Shown in pieces: positions 59,497 through 64,000 of a stretch of DNA of 64,000 nt. The notes under the pieces are model-generated. The model made no database searches and had not been told where the DNA came from. It worked only from the letters and a program-made list of their open reading frames with translations. The DNA comes from Phycisphaerales bacterium (lineage in GTDB: Bacteria; Planctomycetota; Phycisphaerae; Phycisphaerales; UBA1924). Position numbers and translations under genes: made by a program. Within the stretch, counting starts at the first letter, position 1, and the number at the start of each line of letters is the position of its first letter. The stretch covers positions 896,001-960,000 of the forward strand of contig OZ245777.1 in the NCBI GenBank assembly GCA_965227775.1, in the 5' to 3' direction.

Positions 59497-60144
59497 CTAC
59501 TCGCAGCCCGCGTCGAATGCGTTCTGGAAGCAGAGGAAGTCGAACAGGTCCAGCGTTCCGTCGTCGTTGCAGTCGGCCTGGTCGTCGCCCGCGGCGAACA
59601 GGTTCTGGAACTCCAGGAAGTCGAAGATGTCCAGCTGGCTGTCGCCGTTCAAGTCTGCGTAGCACGTGAAGATGCGCACGGCTCCGGGGCCGGAGACTTG
59701 TGCCTGATAGGGCCCTTCGTCGCCAATATCGAAGCCGGTGTGCACGATGAAGTAGGCCACGCCCCCATCCAGCGTGAGGCCTTCGATGCCCGAGTAGCCG
59801 ATGCCGATGCCCGGCAGCATGGACCCAAAGTAGTCGTCGTTCAGGGCGATCAGATTGTCGAGCGGGCTGGCCGGATCGAACGCGGTCTCGTAGACGAGCA
59901 GGTAACCGTCCCAGAGCAAGCCGAAGTTGGTCTGATCGCTCAAGATGGTGTACGAGCCGGTCTCGGTGACCTCGATCTGGAGGGGCTCGAACGCAACATC
60001 GGTGGCGAAACCGCTGAGGGTACCCAGGCCGCTCGGACGGTTGAAGCGGTCGGCGCCGGTGGTATCGCCCAGATATACGAGCTCCTGCGCGTGCGCGGTC
60101 GTGGCGATGGCAAGCAGCAGGCAGGCGGTGGCGGTGCTCTTCAT
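59497..60144 (-). CDS. Secreted GC-type dockerin protein, paralog of 60256-60798
   Basis: Signal peptide; PPC-like domain DGYLLVY...FDPASPLDNLIALNDD; CYADLNGDSQLDIFDFL...FDAGCE; GAGGAG SD. Confidence 0.88.
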   Translation of the reverse strand: MKSTATACLLLAIATTAHAQELVYLGDTTGADRFNRPSGLGTLSGFATDVAFEPLQIEVTETGSYTILSDQTNFGLLWDGYLLVYETAFDPASPLDNLIALNDDYFGSMLPGIGIGYSGIEGLTLDGGVAYFIVHTGFDIGDEGPYQAQVSGPGAVRIFTCYADLNGDSQLDIFDFLEFQNLFAAGDDQADCNDDGTLDLFDFLCFQNAFDAGCE

Positions 60145-60200
60145 GTTCTTCTCCTCTGCAGGTGGGGCGTACCTACTCAAGGTACTCACTGCAGCGCGTC

Positions 60201-60223
60201 AAAAAAACGCCCCGTGGGGCGTT
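60201..60223 (-). terminator. Intrinsic terminator between PEP-CTERM gene and dockerin paralog
   Basis: Minus strand AACGCCC-CACG-GGGCGTTTTTTT. Confidence 0.75.
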
Positions 60224-60255
60224 CGAAAGAATTCTCTCGGGACAAGCGTCGAGCC

Positions 60256-60798
60256 TTAGCGGCGGCGACGCGCGGCGGCCAGACCACCCAGGCCCAGCAG
60301 GGCCAGCGAGGCCGGAGCCGGGATGATGCGGATGTCGCCGGGGCCGCTGATCGATACCTGGTACGGACCCTGGTCCGGGTTGTCGAAGCCGGTCTGGACG
60401 ACCCAGTAGGTGTTGGCCGAGCTCAGGGTGACAGCGTCAAGACCCGAGTAGCCGACACCGATGCCGGGAAGGCCGGAGCCGAAGTAGTCGTCGTTGAGAG
60501 CGATCAGGTTGTCCAGCGGGCTGGCCGGGTTGAAGCTGTTCTCGTAGACCAGCAGGTAGCCGTCCCACAGGAGGCCGAAGTTGGTCTGGTCGCTCAGGAT
60601 CGAGTAATCGCCATCGGCGCTGACGCCGATGTTGACGGCCTCGTAGGCCACGTCGGTGGCGAAGCCGCTGAGGGTGCCCAGGCCGCTCGGACGGTTGAAC
60701 GTCGGGCCGCCGGTGGTGTCACCGAGATAGTCGAGGTCGCCGGCCATCACAGTGCCGGCCAGGGCCAGCATGGCCCCCGCAGTGATCGTCTTACGCAT
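60256..60798 (-). CDS. PEP-CTERM-type sorting-signal protein
   Basis: Signal peptide; C-terminal IPAPASLALLGLGGLAAARRRR; GAGGAG SD. Confidence 0.88.
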   Translation of the reverse strand: MRKTITAGAMLALAGTVMAGDLDYLGDTTGGPTFNRPSGLGTLSGFATDVAYEAVNIGVSADGDYSILSDQTNFGLLWDGYLLVYENSFNPASPLDNLIALNDDYFGSGLPGIGVGYSGLDAVTLSSANTYWVVQTGFDNPDQGPYQVSISGPGDIRIIPAPASLALLGLGGLAAARRRR

Positions 60799-61038
60799 GT
60801 CTGTCTCCTCTCACCCGTCGCAACAACCGCCTCCTAAGCAGCCGAAGCCTGGGCAACATTCCGGTAGTATGGCCGGAAAGTGATCGCATGTCACTGTGAA
60901 AAACCCTCGATTGCTAAAATTTTGTGAACGAGTCCTTGCCTAACCCAACAGTTGATTTTTGTTAGGTATTAATAACGCCCTCAATCGCTACAGACGGCCC
61001 CCCGACGCGTACCCCATAACCCAGGTACGATCGCTCCG

Positions 61039-62931
61039 ATGCCCGTTTTCATCCGCTGGCTGCTGGCCCTTGGCCCGGCCAATCCCATCGCCGTCCGACT
61101 GGTGCAGAACGGTTCCCGCCGGAACCGGCACATGTACATCCGCTCGGCGTACCTGGCGCTTCTGGTGCTGGTCATGCTGTGGGCGTTGCTCGTCAAGACC
61201 GGCGGCAGCGGCAGCGCGACCTCGTTCCGGGACCTGGCCGAAGCCGGCGCATCGACGTTCACCTACGTCGCGTACCTGCAGATCTTGCTCATCTGCGTGC
61301 TGAGCCCGGTGTTTATGGCGGGCGCGATCGCGCAAGAGGCCAGTCCGAGAACGTGGGAGGTGCTCCTCACGACGCCGCTTGGCCGCTTGCAGATCGTGCT
61401 GGGCAACCTGCTAGGCCGGCTGTTCTTCGTGCTGGCGCTCTTGTTCGCCAGCCTGCCGCTGTTCGCGCTGACGCAGTACTTCGGCGGCGTGCCGGGCTCG
61501 AGCATCTTTGCGAGCTACTTGGTCGCGGCCGCCGCGGCACTGCTGGTAGGCGCGATCGCCATCGCGCTGGCGGTCAGTCGTATTGCGGGTCGGCGCGCGG
61601 TCTTTACCTTTTATGTTGCCGTTGTCACATACCTAGGCATTACGTATGGCATCGACGCCTGGCTGCGCACGCGCGGCTTGGGCGCTGGGCCTTCGGGCAT
61701 GGGCGTGACGTGGCTCACAGGCCTCAACCCGTTTCTCGCGCTCGATGCGCTGCTGAACCCCACGACGTATCCGAGCGCCGATCGCGGCACGCTCGGCGGC
61801 CCGGCGGCGTTCATGCTGGAGACGCCGGTGCGCGCCTGGATCTTGCTGGCCAGCGGCCTGAGCCTGCTGCTCGTGTCGGCCTCGACGCTCACCGTTCGCA
61901 CGGGCGGGCTGGCCAAGCGGACCGTCGAGCGGCGCAAGCTGCCCTGGTATCGCAAGATGCTCGGGCTCAGCGGTGGTGAGGTTGGCGAAGACGGGCAGAC
62001 GTTCCGCCCGCCGCGTCACGTGTGGCACAACCCGATCGCCTGGCGCGAGGCCGCAGCGCGCAACGCCACGTTCGGGCGCATCCTCGCTCGTTGGGCGTTC
62101 ATCATCTCTGGAATCGCGTTGGCGGTCGTGCTCGTCATCGCGTACGACACCTCGGCGATTACGGCGACCGACTACCGCCTGGCGATCCTGGTGATCGTGA
62201 TGGTCGAACTCGCCGTCACGACGCTGGTTGCCATCAACATGTCCGCGACGGCGATCAGCCGCGAGCGCGAGGATGGCACGCTCGATCTTCTGTTGACTAC
62301 ACCCGTGACGCCCGCGGAGTACCTGGGCGGCAAGCTGCGCGGCCTGGTCGCGTACCTGTTGCCCATGCTTGCCGTGCCCGTCGTCACGATGCTGCTCGCG
62401 GGTGTGCATGCGGCCATCGGTGGCTTCAGCCAGCCCGACAACGCGCAGGTGCCCGCGGGCCCGGCAGTGTCGGGCAACATCATGCTGCCGGTGGTGCTGC
62501 CCGAGGCGGGCATCATTCTCGCGCTGAGCGCGGCGCCTTTCATGGCGCTGTGCGTCATGATCGGGCTGCACTGGTCGCTCAAGAGCAAGGGCGCCATCGC
62601 GTCAGTCGTCGGCGCCGTCATCGTGGCGGCAATCGTTGCCGCGGTGGTGGGGGGGTGCGGGTTCAACGCGGGGCGGTCGATCCCCGTGGTCGGCCCGGCG
62701 CTGCTGGGGCTCTCGCCCTTTGCCAGCGGCCTCGCGCTCGTCGAGCCGGTTGATGCCATGTACGAGACCGTGACCCAGAGCGGCACGAGCCCGCTGGTGA
62801 CCGCGCGGTTCGCGTTGCTCGTGGGCGCTGCTGCCAGCGCGGGCTTGCACATCGCCGCGGTGTGGGCGCTGCACAGCCAGATGGTCCGCCGCTTCGACAT
62901 GACCGTGCGCAAGCTCGCCGGCACGAGCTGA
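61039..62931 (+). CDS. ABC-2 type permease-like membrane protein (duplicated, planctomycete type)
   Basis: Two copies of AI..E...T.(E/D).LLTTP....I/Y..G.L.G; many TM segments; NPI motifs. Confidence 0.85.
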   Translation: MPVFIRWLLALGPANPIAVRLVQNGSRRNRHMYIRSAYLALLVLVMLWALLVKTGGSGSATSFRDLAEAGASTFTYVAYLQILLICVLSPVFMAGAIAQEASPRTWEVLLTTPLGRLQIVLGNLLGRLFFVLALLFASLPLFALTQYFGGVPGSSIFASYLVAAAAALLVGAIAIALAVSRIAGRRAVFTFYVAVVTYLGITYGIDAWLRTRGLGAGPSGMGVTWLTGLNPFLALDALLNPTTYPSADRGTLGGPAAFMLETPVRAWILLASGLSLLLVSASTLTVRTGGLAKRTVERRKLPWYRKMLGLSGGEVGEDGQTFRPPRHVWHNPIAWREAAARNATFGRILARWAFIISGIALAVVLVIAYDTSAITATDYRLAILVIVMVELAVTTLVAINMSATAISREREDGTLDLLLTTPVTPAEYLGGKLRGLVAYLLPMLAVPVVTMLLAGVHAAIGGFSQPDNAQVPAGPAVSGNIMLPVVLPEAGIILALSAAPFMALCVMIGLHWSLKSKGAIASVVGAVIVAAIVAAVVGGCGFNAGRSIPVVGPALLGLSPFASGLALVEPVDAMYETVTQSGTSPLVTARFALLVGAAASAGLHIAAVWALHSQMVRRFDMTVRKLAGTS

Positions 62932-62939
62932 GCCGCGAC

Positions 62940-63713
62940 ATGCCCTCGCTCGAAGCCAACAAGCGCAAGTGGGGGTCGCACGACTGGAGCCGTGAGGGTG
63001 ACGAGTGGTCGACCCTGGCAGGTGGCAGCGAACGCTGGTGGCACGGCATCCTGTTGCCGCGCCTGCTGCCGTTGTTTAAGAACCTGCCGCCGAAGCCGAG
63101 CTTTCTTGAGATCGCGCCGGGCCGCGGTCGCTGGACGCAGTTCTTGTTGCGTCGGGTCGATTCACTCACGGCGATTGACATCGACGCGAAGTGCATCGAC
63201 GCATGCCACAAACGCTTCGGCTCGCGCGTGCACGGCGTTGTCGGCGATGGGTTTACACTCGGTGGTCCTTCTGAGCGCCTCAACGGCCCGTTCGACTTTT
63301 GCTTCAGCTACGACAGCCTCGTGCACGCCGAGCTCGACTCGATGGGTTCGTACGTGCGTGAGCTCGAACGCGTGCTGCGGCCGGGAGGTGTGGCGTTCCT
63401 GCACCACAGCAACCTGGCAGATGTTCGGCCCGAGCCGGGAACGCCCATCCACTGGCGTGCGCGCAGCGTCGGTGCTTCGGGCTTGCGAGAGCGCGCGCTC
63501 GGGTGTGGGCTCGAGGTTCCGTTGCAGGAGCTGTGCACGAAGGGCGGGCCCAAAGATCGTGCGTTGATCGATTGCATCTCGATCATCCGCAAGCCGGTGG
63601 GCGGCCCGCCGTCGCAGCAGACCACGGTGCTCGAGAGCCCGGACTTCGGGCTGCAGATACGGCTGTTGGGTCGGTCGGGCAAGGCGTACGACGCGGCGGT
63701 GGGGAATCGCTGA
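62940..63713 (+). CDS. Class I SAM-dependent methyltransferase
   Basis: LEIAPGRGRWT, FDFCFSYDSLVH, RVLRPGG. Confidence 0.88.
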   Translation: MPSLEANKRKWGSHDWSREGDEWSTLAGGSERWWHGILLPRLLPLFKNLPPKPSFLEIAPGRGRWTQFLLRRVDSLTAIDIDAKCIDACHKRFGSRVHGVVGDGFTLGGPSERLNGPFDFCFSYDSLVHAELDSMGSYVRELERVLRPGGVAFLHHSNLADVRPEPGTPIHWRARSVGASGLRERALGCGLEVPLQELCTKGGPKDRALIDCISIIRKPVGGPPSQQTTVLESPDFGLQIRLLGRSGKAYDAAVGNR

Positions 63714-63798
63714 AGCGTCGCGATGCCGAAGCGAGATACGCTACGGCGTGGCACCAAAGCACTTCAGAATGCTTGATGATCGGCTTGAGGGAGTGCCG

Positions 63799-64000
63799 GT
63801 GACGCGGCCGATCCCGCTGATCATGCCGTGGCACGGTCGCACGTGGTTGTCGATGCCGCACACGCGGTGGCTGCTCGTCTACGGGGGGCTCATCGTCGCG
63901 GTGTTGATTGTCGCGCCCACGATCGACTTTGTGCGGTACGGCACGATCCGTGATGCCCGGTCGACGCTGATCATCACCACGCTGCTCGTTGTGCCGGTCG
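63799..64000 (+). CDS. Membrane protein, truncated by the window end
   Basis: GAGGGAG SD then GTG; open frame to the window end with hydrophobic WLLVYGGLIVAVLIVAP. Confidence 0.55.
   Translation, partial: MTRPIPLIMPWHGRTWLSMPHTRWLLVYGGLIVAVLIVAPTIDFVRYGTIRDARSTLIITTLLVVPV

Overview
GC-rich bacterial chromosomal window, most likely from a Phycisphaerales planctomycete. This is inferred from seven GC-type dockerin proteins, an LEPR-XLL protein, PEP-CTERM-like IPAP tails and a planctomycete-type ABC permease. It is densely coding (about 60 CDS), and I saw no rRNA, tRNA, CRISPR array or transposase. Housekeeping genes include ispE, coaD, lysS, rpsU, a class II DAHP synthase, dus, argS, parB, holA and clpC. 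There is a phosphate cluster (porin, phoB/phoR-like, phoH, 7TM-HD) and many secreted proteins. Most notable: (1) two tandem gene pairs, each encoding the same extracellular domain once with a PEP-CTERM-type tail and once with a GC-dockerin tail; (2) a coupled GT2 plus remote BshC-like ligase, with an unlinked BshB1-like deacetylase, suggesting an unusual bacillithiol-like pathway; (3) a parB locus with two parS-like sites, a sensorless kinase and a Rok-like candidate nucleoid protein; (4) a protamine/H1-like repeat protein; (5) TANNNT boxes 5-8 nt before many start codons, suggesting leaderless mRNAs; (6) a candidate HTH regulator with a perfect 18-bp palindrome; (7) two unassigned structured-RNA candidates. 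All product calls come from motif recognition by eye, with no database searches. Starts were refined by eye from the ORF track.
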